A program made the position numbers and the translations under genes. From Octopus sinensis (Eukaryota): a DNA stretch of 48,250 nucleotides. The notes beneath the pieces were generated by a model, which was not told where the DNA came from, ran no database searches, and saw nothing but the letters and a program-made list of their open reading frames with translations. Below, in pieces: positions 24,469-39,259 of this stretch. Location of the stretch: NCBI RefSeq assembly GCF_006345805.1, contig NW_021834529.1, forward strand, positions 1 through 48,250, read 5' to 3'. Each line of letters opens with the position of its first letter. The first letter of the stretch is position 1.

Positions 24469-26303
24469 CAGCAAAACTAACGTCGCAAGACCATTCACCA
24501 TCGCCGCGACCAAAGACATTAACTTAGATTTCCCCCCACTCCCTACACCACTTGTCGATGATAAAAGGACGGAGAAAGGGATTTCAAAAACGAATACAGA
24601 CGAAAACATGAATGCCAGCACCACCACCATCACCACCACCACCATCACCACCACCACCAACAACAACGAAATGGGCACAAAGCCGCCTACCAAAGACAAC
24701 ACCGCCAACACCAACACCACTACTACGACTTCAACTACAACAACTAACCCCCTTCTGCTGCTAACACCTCCAAATTTAAAACGAATTTCGCGGATGCGAC
24801 AAAACAAAAACGAACAATTGTAAAATTCACTACACAGGAAATAAACCGCACAAAAGCACTCTTCACCAAAGAAGGAGACAAATTGCATTTTCACATTCCA
24901 CAACACATCGTGGAAAACACACAAAAAAAAAATAATCTATAAAGTAATAAACAAGAAAACAAGACGACCAGAAAATGCACCGCAGGAAAAAATTGAAAAA
25001 TGCCTTCGTCCTGCATGGGACTCCAAGGAATATATCAGTTGGGGAAATAAATTTGGTACAGTCCAAGTACGTTTCCTCAACGAAAATTTAGCAAAACGTT
25101 TTTCCACATTGGAGCTGCATTCAGACGACTTGGTAATGATACCAATCTATTTTAACCAGAGAGTCACGAAAGTCCAAATAAAAAATGTACCCCCTGAAGT
25201 CGAAACACAATGGTTAGTCTCTGCCATCTGCTTTGAAATGGCAGAGACAATGTCAGAGACAAACATCCTTGAAATCGCTGTTCTAGGAGAGAAAGACTAT
25301 GTGGGCAAATCAATCGAATTCCTGCTTCAAATGGATGAAGCAGCAAGAGAAAAGATACCCACCACTATAGAACTGCCAGGAGGCTACAAACTTTATGTAG
25401 TGGTAGAGGGCAGGCGACCACGCTGCTATTTGTGTGGAAGCGAAACACACTTGAAAAAGACGTGCCCAACCACTGCACACCAAGAGCAACAACAACAACC
25501 ACTACCACAACCAAAGCACTCCGGAAAAAAAGCTCTACTACCCACACCACCATCAACACAGAAGACGACAAGAGAAGCACACCAAGCTAATCCGTCATCA
25601 ACCAAAAACCACTCAACACCTGAAAAAATACCAACACCACCAACAACAGCAAGAACCAAAGGAATAGAAAAACAAAGAAAACACACAAAAACTGATCCCC
25701 CATCCCTTATACAGCACTCACCACACACAAACACTCAACAACCAACAGCAACGAAAACAACAGCACAACCACTTACACAGACATACATAGAAGCCTACAA
25801 CATACCCCTACCCCCTACTGATCCTCAGAAATTTCGTCGGAAGACGAAACCAGTGAGGAATGGCAAATAGCTACAAAAAGAAGGAAAATAAAGAGCAGAA
25901 ACACAACCAAACCAAATGCAAACACAAACAAAGCAGGGGGAAATACATCTCCCGAAGACATTTCAAAACCCAACACAAACAACAGCCACACCAACACCAC
26001 AAAAATATATACAGCAAACATGCTCACAGCTATAGACACCAAAAACACAAATTTGATGGAATACATCCAATCAAAAACAAACATAACAGAAGATGACATA
26101 AAAACAAACGATCACCCATACACAACACACCACCAGACCACATCAAAATATTACACATCTCCAAAAGTCTGCACCACACACTCAAAGGCATTCCCCCAGT
26201 GCGGTTGGTAAATGCCAAAAATATCTCACAAAGAACTGTACTGGGATCTCCTCGAGGACAAACCAAAGGAGGAGGAAAGCAAAAACTTTCGAGCAGTAAG
26301 TAA
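24326..26303 (+). pseudogene. LINE ORF1 (frameshifted) with zinc knuckle
   Basis: ATG at 24326; segment 25109-25870 contains KVQIKNVPPEV..VVVEGRRPRCYLCGSETHLKKTCP (CX2CX4HX4C); low-complexity Thr/Asn/Pro tracts. Confidence 0.8.
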
Positions 26304-26343
26304 CCCTCTGTTCCTTTCACTTGTATTCTAATTCATTAGGATT

Positions 26344-29300
26344 ATGATCAAGATTGGTTGTGTAAATGCGCGTGTCTTGGGGTCCCCTTGGAAACAAGGG
26401 TACCTCTTAAATGACATAAAGTCACATAAGTTAGAAATCATAGCCATAAGTGAGACCAGACTCCACAATCCGCGGGCCCTAAAGACCATGTTTGGCGGAC
26501 AGTTCAACATTTATTTCCCCCCCTGTCTGCGGTACTTTTTCGCAAGAGTCTGGATCTCAAAGTAAAGACAATATTCGTAGACCCGGAGGGTAGACTGGTC
26601 GTCCTGGATGTCGACGGCAGCAATGGGTGCGCTTTTCGACTCGTATCAGTCTACGCACCGCCCTTAACAGGTCTGGCGGATTTCTTTCAACGTCTAGAAG
26701 TATTCTTGGGAACGTCTCGTCCTTTACTCTTAGTGGGGGATTGGAATGCTACCTTGGACACGCATGTAGACTACGTGGGTAGAGATAGGAATAGACGGGG
26801 ATGCAAATGCCTCAGGGACCTGCTCAGACGCTTTCAACTGTCTGACAGGTTCCGACTAGACCACCCGAATGCGCCAACGTGGACATGGAGCAACCGCATC
26901 GGGTCGTCGAGATCGTATCTAGATAGGATACTGTGTAGGACAGTAGACAGAGATAGCATAGGATGTCCACAATTCCACATAGTCAGCTACACGGATCACA
27001 AACTTGTGACATGTACGCTAGACTTAGGTAAAACACTTAGGCAGGGTCCCGGATACTGGAAACTAAACGCGTCTTTCCCATCGAGACAGGTTTTCAGAGA
27101 CCGGATTAGCACACTAGTAAAGAGGGCTTTGACGGGAGCCATCATCAACAACAAATGGTGGTTTGCCCTCAAGAGAGCAGTAAAAGCCGAAGCGATTAGG
27201 TACAGCAAAGCACTAGCCATAGATAGAAATAGAGTAGAGGGTGAGCTAGTTAAGAAGCTAGAAGAGGCAATTAGAAGCGGCATCGCATCCGACGTTTTGG
27301 CGGCGAGGTTGGCCCTCGACCAACACTTCAACGCCAACACGAAGGATGTGCTGTCAGAGCTAGGATGCGTGCTCTAAGGAACGAAGGTGTTGGAGCCGCG
27401 AGAGAGGCCCGGGTGGCAGAGGCGCAACAGGGCAACAAAGCCACCATTCGGTCCCTGGTAGATGAACAGGGGCGCGAATTGCTCGAGCCAAGTAAAATGT
27501 GTGAGGCTTTTCAACAGCATTTTGCCCGACTGTTCGGGACGAGTGGCGGGCAAGAACGTAGGGTGGACTTCAGTGCCTACCTACACAGCCTACCACAACT
27601 CTCGACAAGAGAGTCAGGGTGCTGCGAAGGTGCCATCACGGCGGCGGAAGTGCAGGACGCGATAGCAGAATGCTCGAGGGACAAATCACCGGGTTCGGAT
27701 GGTCTACTCTACGAGTTTTACAATTGTATGCCAGACTTGTTTGGAGATCTCTTGGCGGCGGTGTACTGCAACTGGCAGCAAAACGGGAGCATTCCTGGTT
27801 TTGTGAGCCGAGGAGCCGTAACACTGCTGAAGAAAGATCTAAACAAGGGAAATGTAATAGATAACTTTAGGCCCATCACTCTGCTTAATGCAGATTTGAA
27901 AATTTTGGCCAAGGTGCTAGCCAAGAGGTTGGCGCTTGTCATCGAGAAACTGGTCGACAAGGCGCAAACATGCGCCGTGCCGGGCCGGACCATCCATGAC
28001 AACCTCCACCTGATGTGCTACATCATAGACAGGGTAGTTAACGAACCTGGCATGGGCGCTGATCAATTTGGATCAATCGAAAGCTTTCGATAGGGTGAAC
28101 CATCGATACTTGGAGGCAGTCCTCAGAGCGGCTGGATAGCCGCTTTGTACAGAGGCATCCGTTCGGTAATTCGCGTAAATGGACATCTATCGAGACCCTT
28201 CGACATCGCACGTTCGGTCCGTCAGGGATGCCCCCTCTCATCGCTTCTATACGTATTGACTCTCGAGCCATTATTGTGGAAGCTGGCAACTTTGAGGGGC
28301 ATCCCGCGAGAACTGGGATGCGGAACGAGCGTGTCTGCATACGCGGACGACGTCACCGTCATAGTGTCTAGCCACGAGCACATCGAGCAGGTCGGCGAGA
28401 CACTGAAAAACTACGAAGCGGTGACAGGAGCGAAAATCAACCGGGAAAATTCAGTGGGCTTGCGACTAGGCACCTGGAGAAGCAAGCCCATGCCGTCCAC
28501 CAGCGCCTCCGTCGTGGGACGCTGGACCGACGACCCGGTTGAGTTGCTCGGGGTCTGGTTTGGTCCGGACCTCCAAGTGGAAAAGAACTGGAACGAGATA
28601 ACGAGTAGGGTGGTCACTCTCGCCCGGCAGTGGGCCGAGAGGAAACTGTCCCTAAAAGGTCGGGCGGAGGTGGCGAACTCGTACATCGCGTCCGTCATCT
28701 ACTACCGCCTGACCGTCGTGCCTTGTCCCGACCCTCCCATCACCAAACTAGAACGCATTCTCTTTCGCTTCTTGTGGAAAGGATGCGTCCCGATGGTCAG
28801 GAGATCCATTTGCTGTCAACACCCGTTAAAAGGAGGACTGGGCATGCCGTGGTTGATGATACGCAGACACGCGCTGAGACTGCGACATCTCCGGCTCTAT
28901 GTAGACGACGGTGAACAGGTGTGGTCGCCGTTTGTGAGGCACGCTTTCCCGCAGCTCGTCTCCATGACCGAACTGCAGTCATGGATCAAAAAGAGGCCGA
29001 GGAAGGGCGGATGGCACCGCGAGTGTCGCGTTGCTCTCAAGCAACTCTGCCGTCCTGGGTCGACCTTGAGTGACTTCATCACAACCAAAGCATTCTATAG
29101 GGGATTAGTGGAGGGGAGGTACGACGACGAGCTCGGGGCGAACCTGGACATCGACGAGGAGTACCTGACCCGCCTGTTCGGGACGACTTTCGGGCCAGGA
29201 CCCATGGACAACTTCCAGAGATCCCTGGCCTGGCAGTGCTACCGAGAAGCGCTACCCGTTCGGATAAGCTCTACAGACACGGCTCGAGAAACACGGGGCC

Positions 29301-29716
29301 GACCTGCCCGAGATGCGGTCAGAGCGACGAAACCGTTCTGCACGCACTCGTGCAGTGTCCAACAATTTCCGGCCTGTGGGCTTATGTCGAACAACTGCTG
29401 TCACGTGTTGGACGAGTCGGTTTATCAGCTGAGTCTATCGTCAATTTGTCACGCCTCCTTCCTTCAAACGGGAAGGAAAGCTATTTTATCATCCTGTGGC
29501 TATGGCGAAAGAATGTATCTGGTGGACGCGTCTGAAAGGACTGGAGACAAACACTTTCCTCTCTGATCAATCTCTCATCAACTTCTTCAAGTACCACTTG
29601 AAAAGGAAGTGAGAGTAGAGAGGCAAGTTTTGTCTAGCGAATGTTTTAAAAGAAGATGGGTGAATGTAGCAAGGATGGCACGTATGAATGACGAGCCACC
29701 TTGAGCATAATCCTAT
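26344..29716 (+). pseudogene. LINE ORF2 (APE endonuclease, reverse transcriptase, C-terminal CCHC), several frameshifts
   Basis: MIKIGCVNAR, ISET, VYAP, GDWNA, SYLDRIL, TDHK, GPGYWKLN; SPGSDGL, FRPITLLNADLKILAK, KAFDRV, VRQGCPLS, YADD; LSLKGR, GGLGMP; CPRCGQSDETVLHALVQC. End coordinate approximate. Confidence 0.95.
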
Positions 29717-30194
29717 GAACCCAGAATTGAAAACAGAGGTTTACCCACTTGCAAACAAATGTGGTAACATATAACAATATTGACCAAGGTTACCGTGGTC
29801 TTTTTCGTAGGCTTTTCTTCCCACGGATAAACCTTACTTGCTTTCCCCTTTACACCATATATCATAACACTGTGATACACGATCCCTATTGATCGTTTTT
29901 TTTCTCCTCTTCCCCTTTTTTCCCCCTTTTTTTCTTCTTTTTTCATTTCTCTTTTCTTTTGTTCCTTTTCCTTTTCTTCCCTTTTTTTTATTTTTTTATT
30001 TATTTTATTTTATTTAAAAGAAATTTTTTTTTTGTTCTTCTTTTTCCCTTTTACGATCCCTCATGATCGAAAACCTACGCCACCTTTCTTTTTTTTGTTT
30101 CCTTTGTTTTTTGTTTTTTTCATCCCCCAAAAGAAAAGCTCTACCTTGTAACTTGTCCCATCTGTGTGCAGCCCTGTGTGGCCAATAAAGAAAC

Positions 30195-30462
<268 letters not shown>

Positions 30463-30549
30463 GTATACAAAAAATTACTAAAAACTGCTAGGTGCAATGT
30501 GATACCATAGAGGAAAAAATCTAATGGTCACTATGTGTAGCCAAGGGTA

Positions 30550-30682
30550 CCGTATAGCTGTTCGGTAAAATAATTACTAGGCTTACAGAGAATAAGTCCT
30601 GGGGTCGATTTGTTAGACTAAAGGTGGTGCTCCAGCATGGCCGCAGCCAAATGATTGAAACGTGTAAAAGAGTAAAAGAGTA
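30550..30682 (+). mobile_element. SINE family A, 3' end
   Basis: tactaggcttacagagaataagtcctggggtcgatttg...aaaagagtaaaagagt. Confidence 0.85.
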
Positions 30683-31734
30683 ACACACACACACACACAC
30701 ATATGCGCGTGTGCGTGCATGTATCAATAATCGTTTGTGTCTGTACGTATGTGTGTGTGTGTGTGTGTGTGCGCACGTGTGGTTAAATTTAGGCTACTGT
30801 GCACGAAATGGCGAATCGAAAGTAATTGTTAAGCAATGGAAAGTATAACGCTGATGAGACACAGGTCATAAGTATTTATGAAAACTATTTTAGTGATAGG
30901 CCGATGGGAAAATATTAACTGGAGTTTGCAGGAGGAAAATGAGTTCGTAGCAGAGTGACGATTCTGGACATGTTTCAACCTTATATGAGCTCTTCAGCGA
31001 AGTATCGTCCTCTTGTGGCTGACGGTATTTCTGAACGGCTGTTAGAAATATGAGAAAAAGAAAGCAAAATTACTGATTAATCAAGTTAAAATAACGACAT
31101 CAGAGAATTTCTCAATAAAACCTCCTGCAAGAAGAACATATCATCTTTAAAATCATCTTTAATTAAACGAAATTCCACTCCAAATGAGGAAAGAAAAAAA
31201 AACCCTCATTATCGTTAATGCAAAGGTATTTGTTGTTGTTGTTTTTGTTTAACCGCAGGTTATCTTCGAATAAGTAGACATAAAATCAAGTCGTTAAGGC
31301 ATGATGATCTCATCTTTTATTCAGATTTAGCACGTCTTGGGTCTACTTTATCGAAAAATTTCTTTCATGTATCTTAAAGACCATAGGCTGTGCGATTCGA
31401 GGGATTGACGTCGGACTTGGCTACTATTTCTAGCAGATGGGCACATGAACAGTCTTTGACTATGTCTCGAGGAGTTTAACCAGAGTGTTCTACGTTTTTA
31501 GTTCAGATTCAGCTTGGACGTTCTATTACACCATATCACTGGTTGTAACTGCTGCTTCTGCTACTACTGCTGCTTCTGTAGCTGGTCCTGTTACTACTAC
31601 CAATACTACTACTACTACTATTGCTGATGTTGCTGCTACGGCTGTTGTTATTTAGCCCTAGAACAGCAGTATTCCAATCATGACCAATTTATCACTTTAG
31701 CTATATCTAGATATATGTGTGTGTGCGTGTGTGT

Positions 31735-31806
<72 letters not shown>

Positions 31807-32003
31807 TATATACATACACATATACATATACATATATATATATATATATATATACATACACATATACATATACATATATATATGTACATACGTATATATA
31901 TATATATATAATATATATATGTGTGTGTATATATATTATATATATGTATATATATATTTATATGTATATATATATATATTATATATATATATGATCATAT
32001 TGT

Positions 32004-32310
32004 GAAGGCGTGGAAGTGGCCTAGTGGTTATGTTGTTGCACTCCCGATCGCAAGAGCGTAGTTTCGATTCCTTGGTTGGTGGTGCATTGTGTTCTTGGTC
32101 AAAGCACTTCATCCGATGCTGCCCCAGTTCATTCAGCCGTAAATTGGGAAACCATGCGGCGGACTGTTGTTCCGTTTAGAGAGAATGTTGGCTTGTCCAC
32201 CAAGCCTGCGGGGCGTTACCCTTCGAAAGCTACACCAATGCGAGGAAGTGCCTTGTGACCAGTGATTTATAACAACATCCAAGAGTGTCGTCGATATAGT
32301 GACAATACAA
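32004..32310 (+). mobile_element. tRNA-derived SINE (CORE-like, diverged)
   Basis: gtggcctagtggtt (A box), gtttcgattcc (B box), ttgtgttcttggtcaaagcactt. Confidence 0.7.
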
Positions 32311-33219
32311 TATATATCTTCCTTTCACACAACTTCAGGAAGTGATACGAAGGAAAATTGGCTGCTATTCCTGGTGGTTCAGACATATAGCAAGGACATG
32401 AGTACAAATGTAAGCAAGTGTATTCAAACTGATGCTTGATGCTGTTGTTGTTTAATACCAGGTCAACTTGAATTGAGCAGATCTATTAGTAAAGGCTTTA
32501 TAGCCATGATTATAGGTAACTTCAAATTTTTTTTGAGACGGCAATAAATAGCTTGAGGGCGATTTGGGTTCTTTTTTTGTGGGGGGAGGGTATTTTTCTA
32601 GCAGAGTGCATAACTATGTAGCGGCTCTCACATTAGCTCGTTAAGAATACAGGTAAAGTTTACAGAAAACAAACAAACTGACAAAAACTGGAGATAAAAT
32701 TAGTCTCAAGCAGTCGGATAAAGGCATAGTCAAGATATACTCTAATATGGAAATAAACAACATTCTTCATACTTATGTTATCAGTGAATTACGTAATAAA
32801 GAATGTTGGAAAATTGCATACGATACATGTACGTTATCTTTTAAGTACGTTAAATTCCTTCCATTAAAAAGGAATCGGCTTCTAACAAAGAAACCAAACT
32901 TCATAGAATTTTTAGGGAAATAATGCATAATTTTACTCTTCCGCTTACAAATGATATTTGCGAAGTGGGTGCTTAAATCATAGAAAAAAAATCTTGCAGC
33001 TTCAGTATCAGCAAATTGGATTTGCAAACTAGATGGTTATGTCGTAGGAAGGTAGAAAGAAAAAGCAACTTCACAACGTCTGTACGGATTGCATAGGTGC
33101 TTATGTCATCGAAAAATAAATCTTGAAATTTCAATATTCACGAATTGCACTCGTAAAATTAGTTCTTATATCAGGGAAAAATAAGCCTTGAAGCTCTACG
33201 GTCCACAAACTACATTTCA

Positions 33220-34280
33220 AAAATGAAAATAAACAAAAGACGAAGGCAGGTGGAAAACAAACGAACAATTGTATTAGTATGGCGCTCAGGAAATATAAAT
33301 AAAACAAGTCTTTAACGTTTCGAGCCTACGCTCTTCAACAGAAAGATACACAGAGAGAGAAAAACACAGAAAGAAGGAGAGGAAAAAAATGCGTGCAGTA
33401 GCTAACGAATCAACATGGCGATCTGATTTCGGCCAGAGGTCAAAGATCAAACATGAGACGCGAGAGCGAAATAAAGGGAGATAATAGGGTTGATAAAAGG
33501 GTTGAGGGACCAGCTAAAAGTGCGTGGGAGGGGTCTGGATGTGTGTATGTATAGGGTTGGTGTATGTATTATATGTATAAGGGTTTGTGTGTGTGTGTGT
33601 GTGTGTATGAGAGAGTATTAGTGCGTAAGATTGGTCTGGACGTGCGTATGTATGGTTGGGTGTATGTATTAGTATGTATTAGTATGTATTAGTACGTATT
33701 GGTATGTATAGGTGTATGTGTGTGTGTGAGAGAGTATAAGTGCGTATGCGGGGTCTGGACGTGTGTATGTATAGGGTTGGTGTAAGTATTAGTATGTACT
33801 AGTATGTATTAGTACGTATTAGTATGTATTAGTTGGTGTGTGTTATTAGTATGGCACATCATATGTGATGTGATGTGTAAAGTCATGTGGTGTAGTGAGG
33901 AGAAGAGTGGGAGGGGGAGAAGAGGGGGGAGAAGAAGGGGAGGGGAAAAGGAGGGGGAGGAGAAGGGGGAAGATGAGGAATGGGGAGAAGTAAGGGGAGG
34001 AGGGGGAGAAGGAGGAAAGAGGGAGAGGGGGAGAGAGGGAGGAGGGAGGGCAGAGGGAAGGGGAAGAGGGAGGGAGAAAGAGGGAAGAAGGGAAGGGGAG
34101 TAGGGGTGAAAGGATGAAGGACTGAAGAGTAGGGGTCGGGGGGAGAAAGGATAGGTGAGGAGGGGGAGAAGGGGGGTTAGATGAGGAGGGGGGGAGAGTT
34201 GAGACCAAATGGCGTATAAGAGCGAAGAGAGAAGATTAATTCCTGTTCACGGCGCAAACGGGAATCCGGATGGCCTCTGT
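33220..34280 (-). mobile_element. Penelope-like element 3' fragment (endonuclease C-terminus, long UTR, pLTR)
   Basis: 34278-34177 translates RGHPDSRLRREQELIFSLRSYTPFGLNSPPLLI* (R..RE...I..L....P.GLN motif); hammerhead motif downstream on the same strand. Confidence 0.8.
33309..33346 (-). ncRNA. Minimal hammerhead motif with one core substitution
   Basis: UCUUU-CUGUUGA-A-GAGC(GUAG)GCUC-GAAA-CG-UU-AAAGA. Confidence 0.65.
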
Positions 34281-34284
34281 GTAA

Positions 34285-34325
<41 letters not shown>

Positions 34326-34547
34326 AACACGCGCATGCATACATGCGCAAACACTCACATACCTACACACACATACATACACACGTACGTGCTTACATAC
34401 ATACACACACATACATACACACATACATACACACATACATAACACATACATACACACAAACATCCATACACGCACATACGTACATTCATAATACATACAC
34501 ATGCATGCATGCATACATACATACAGACATACATACATACATACATA

Positions 34548-34752
34548 ATGCAACCCACTGCCTAAATACGAGTCTTGAGAAATTAGGCTTCTCAAAACCA
34601 GAAAGGAGAAAGCTGATTTGAAGATCCAGTCCATCACTGGAACTGTAAAAATCTGTAAAACTTTCCAGAGGTTTATCATTTAAATATATGTGAGCATGTC
34701 TAGATATGCAACTATGTGCATGAGAATACATACATAAAACATACAAATCTAT
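34548..34752 (+). mobile_element. R4/Dong-like RLE 3' end, copy 3, in (CATA)n
   Basis: ATHCLNTSLEKLGFSKPERRKLI; same 3' UTR as 2288-2636; different 5' truncation point. Confidence 0.8.
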
Positions 34753-34779
34753 ACATACATAGATACATACATGCATTCA

Positions 34780-35181
34780 GGCGCAGGAGTGGCTGTGTAG
34801 TAAGTAGTTTGCTTATCAACCACATGGTTCCGGGTTCAGTCCCACTGCGTGGCACCTTGGGCAAGTGTCTTCTACTATAGCCTCTGGCCGACCAAAGCCT
34901 TGTGACTGGATTTGGTAGACGGAAACTGAAAGAAGCCCAACGTATAAATGTATATATAAATGTATGTGTGTGTATATATTTATGTGTCTGTGTTTGTTCC
35001 CCCAACATCGCTTGACAACCGATGCTGGTGTGTTTACGTCCCCGTAACTTAGCGGTGCGGCAAAAGAGACCGATAGGATAAATACTAGGCTTACAAAGAA
35101 TAAGTCCTGGGGTCGATTTGCTCGACTAAAGGCGGTGCTCCAGCATGGCCACAGTCAAATGACTGAAACAAGTAAAGAGTA
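34780..35181 (+). mobile_element. SINE family A, full length
   Basis: Matches 9421-9822. Confidence 0.92.
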
Positions 35182-35233
35182 CATGCATACATACATATAT
35201 GCACACATGTTTACATGCATACATATATATATA

Positions 35234-35339
35234 CCCTGTTGTTGATGTTGAAATTCCCAATGAAGTAGCCTTGGATCTAGGTTAGAAACCGGTTCTTTCT
35301 CCATTGGCAAGAAATCTTGAAATATATCTGAATAATGAC
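35234..35339 (+). mobile_element. ~105-bp (CATA)n-associated repeat, copy 3
   Basis: Same start (ccctgttgttgatgttgaaatt) and end (tgaataatgacatac) as 4740-4842. Confidence 0.75.
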
Positions 35340-35799
35340 ATACACACGTTCATTTTTCCTTGTCCAGCTACCTTTCTAAATATTCTGTCTTAATAAGACC
35401 CTTGTGTCTCCATTAGCATATAATGTGTGTCTTTGTGTGTGTCTGTGTGCGCGCATGCACATGTGTGTGTGTGTGTGTGTCTCCCTCTCTCTCGCTATAT
35501 GTATGAATGTATATATACATACGTACGGACACACGCACGCGCGTATATTTAATGTTAATGCCTCATGTATTTTTATGATATCTGCTGATGCTGTTGCATA
35601 GGGAAGTTCAGATGACTTGAGCTGAAAGACTTAATTCTCAATTTGTAATTGTACTGTTGTGTTGTTTTTATGAATATACATCAATAAACACTGACACACA
35701 CACGCACACACGCATTTCACACGTGCACACACACACACACACACTTCACTCGTATACACACACACACACATACAAAGTCCGTGAAAGAGAAAAGTTAAC

Positions 35800-36378
35800 T
35801 GAGTTGGATATAGAAAGAGACAGATAGGAATAACACACGCAACCGTACTCTGAGATATGCCCAATACACATAGATAGAGAAATTAAGGCTAATAGGCCGG
35901 ATATAGGTTTTAGAGATGACCAAGAAAAAATGCTTTCTAATCGATGTATAAACAAATGACAATATTTCTCTAAAAGAAACGGAGAAACTTTCAAAATACA
36001 AAGATCTGGAAATAGAGGTAATTCGAATGTGGAGCCTAAAAACAGAAACAATTCCTATCATAATAGGCGCATTAGGTATGATAAAAAAACATTCACTCAA
36101 ATACATAACAAAAACGCCAGGACTTACAAGTATATATAGCATTACAGAAAACAGCTCTACAAGGCACAGCACACATCTTACGTAAAGCACTTTCAATAAA
36201 GTGAAAATAGCGCGGGAGTGGCTGTGTGCTAAGTAGCTTACTTACCAATCACGTGGTTCCGGGTTCTGTCCGACTGCGTCGCACCTTGTGTAAGTGTCTT
36301 CTCTATAGCCGACCAGAGCCTTGTGAGTGGATTTGGTAGACGGAAACTGAAAGAAGCCCGTCGTATATATGTATATGC

Positions 36379-36427
<49 letters not shown>

Positions 36428-36770
36428 TGTGTGTGTGTGCGTGTATGTTTGTGTTTGAGTGTCTGTGTTTGTCCCCCGCCCCCCTGCATCGCTTGACAAC
36501 CGATGCTGGTGTGTTGTGTTTACGTCCCCGTAACTTAGCGGTTCGGCAAAGAGACCGATAGAATAAGTACTACGCTTACAAAGAATAAGTCTTGAGGTCG
36601 ATTTGCTCGACTAAAGGCGGTGCTTCAGCATGGCTGCAGTCACATAACTGAAACAAGTAAAAGAGTAAAAGAGTATCGGAACACTACAACAAACAACAGT
36701 ACATAGTCAAGGCACATAGAGCTGTGCCTGGTAGTGCAGTGAAAGCACGTGATAAAAATAAGACTACTGA
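35800..36770 (+). mobile_element. Dong/R4-like RLE LINE 3' part, interrupted by a SINE, ending in (AAT)n
   Basis: DMPIHIDREIKANRPDI..NISLKETEKLSKYKDLEIEVIRMWSLKTETIPIIIGALGMIKK..QKTALQGTAHILRKALSIK*; presumed UTR resumes at ~36675. Confidence 0.85.
36209..36674 (+). mobile_element. SINE family A nested in the RLE element
   Basis: Matches the family A consensus; internal (TG)n. Confidence 0.9.
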
Positions 36771-36806
36771 ATAATAATGATGATAATAATGATAATAATA
36801 ATTATA

Positions 36807-36864
<58 letters not shown>

Positions 36865-37308
36865 CCCTGTGATCATAATATCTCGGCGAAAGAGTTTGAC
36901 AAGCTCAGAAAATATAAAGACCTACTCATTGAAATTGAGAAAATGTGGCATCTCAAGGCGGTTACAATACCAGTGATCGTAGGAGCACTAGGAATGATCA
37001 AGAAGGGAACCGAAAATTATATGAGAATGATCCCTGGCTTACCATCCCTGCAAGAAGTGCAAAAGATTATCTTAACTGGTACATCACACGTATTGAGAAG
37101 AGCATTGTCGATGTGAGAACTATTACTACCCATGTATTTTAATTTAACTTAAAAAAAATTTTTTTTTTAAATGAACGAACTAGTGAGTTTAGTTTAATGG
37201 CCTACCAATGTATACTTTGAGTTTGTTTGCCCTGGGAGTCGGGAAGACACTCGGCAAGAAATGGAAGCAAATTTGAAAGAAGAGGAAAAAAATAATAATA
37301 ACAATAAT
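36865..37308 (+). mobile_element. Second Dong-like RLE LINE 3' fragment, inserted in (AAT)n
   Basis: Open frame 36865-37116: PCDHNISAKEFDKLRKYKDLLIEIEKMWHLKAVTIPVIVGALGMIKKGTENYMRMIPGLPSLQEVQKIILTGTSHVLRRALSM*; (AAT)n upstream, aataataataacaataat downstream. Confidence 0.88.
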
Positions 37309-37814
37309 CGTTTCTAGTCTTGGCACAAGACCCGAAATAATAGCGCATCAGCGTTTTTCCTGGTTTTTTACGTTCTGAGTTCAAATCCTACCGAGATCGA
37401 CTTTACTTTTTGTCCTTTCGTGGGGTCGATAAAATACGTCCCAGCTGAGCAATAGGGTCGATATAATCTATTACGTCCTCCCACACAATTTCAGGCCTTG
37501 TACCCAGACTGGAAAGGCTTATTATTATCAACCAACATCATCAAGTGCTTTTTATACGCTTTGTATATAAGTATTGCTAACAATAAGCCTCCCTATAAAA
37601 CACATACACACACACAACGAATTTTGAGGGCAAACCACCTCATTTCCCATGTTATAAGGTCATATCAATTGGATATGCAAATGAACAATTTAACGTTTCA
37701 CCAATCATGCTTGCAATAAAAAAAAGAGGAGGGTGACACAGTCCTTTCACTTGAAAAAAGGAGCAGTTACATCACACACGTACACACACACACGTACACA
37801 CACACGTATACACG

Positions 37815-37846
<32 letters not shown>

Positions 37847-38776
37847 GGTACGTTGAATAGTAAAACACTAAGCATAGGTTCCTTGTTCTAAACTCTTTTC
37901 TTTGTGACGGATATAATTTCACTAATATAGTCATATATACACAAACATACGTATACAACTATACATACATACATACATACATACATACATGCATACATAC
38001 ATATATACATACATATATACATGCATACATTCATGCATACTTACATATAGACATACATACATACGTACATACATACACAGATACATATATGCATTCATAC
38101 ATTCATAAATACATACATACATACATACATACATACATACATACACACACATACATACATACATACATACATACATACACACACATACATACATACATAC
38201 ATACATACATACACACACATACATACATACATACATACATACATACATACATACATACATACATACATACAGACAGACAGACAGACGGACAGACAGGCAA
38301 GAAGACAGATAGACAGAAAGACAGACAGATAGACAGATAGACAAATATACATATACACATACATTTGTACATACACACATATATGCAAACACATTCAAAC
38401 AAATACAGCTAATATATAAGTAAGCATATATCATATATACATATGTGTGTATGTTAGATATGTATTTGTACATATTTGTATACAGAAATATTTATATTAT
38501 ATATAAATGTATACAAACACACACACGTAATCTCTCACTCTCTCTCTCTCCCTCTCTCTCACACACACACATATGTGTGTGTTTGTGAAAGTTTGTAGAA
38601 ATATATACTCATATAAATATGCAATGTATGTATTGTATGTATGTGTGTGTATGTATGTATGTGTATGTGTATGTATGTATGTGTGTGTGTATGTATGTGT
38701 GTATGTATGTATGTATGTATGTATGTATGCTGTATGTATGTATGCATGTGTGTGTATGTATGTATGTATGTATGTA

Positions 38777-38809
<33 letters not shown>

Positions 38810-39006
38810 ATGTATGTATGTGTGTGTATGTATGTATGTATGTGTGTATGTATGTGTGTATGTATGTACATATGTATGTGTGTGTGTATGTATGTATGTT
38901 TGTATGTATGTATGTATGTATGTATGTATGTGTGTGTGTATGTATGTATGTATGTATGTACGTATGTATGTATGTATGTATGTATGTATGTATGTATGTA
39001 TGTATG

Positions 39007-39052
<46 letters not shown>

Positions 39053-39071
39053 ATTTATCTATCTATCTATC

Positions 39072-39158
<87 letters not shown>

Positions 39159-39259
39159 CTTTACTTGTTATATGCCTCCCTCTCTCTGTTTCTCTCTTTA
39201 TCTTTTGCCCTCAGTTTACACATCTCTCTCTCTTTCTCTCTCTCATCCTTTCGCATTAG

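Larger units (their letters stand above)
24103..30196 (+). mobile_element. Near full-length Tx1-like (L1 group) non-LTR retrotransposon
   Basis: 5' UTR, ORF1 with CCHC knuckle, ORF2 APE-RT-CCHC, T-rich 3' UTR, AATAAA at 30184-30189; (TCTA)n on both sides. Confidence 0.93.

Noticed and set aside
30851-30885. CTGATGA-GAC-acag-GTC hammerhead-like start
   Set aside because: No GAAA follows stem II and no convincing stem I.
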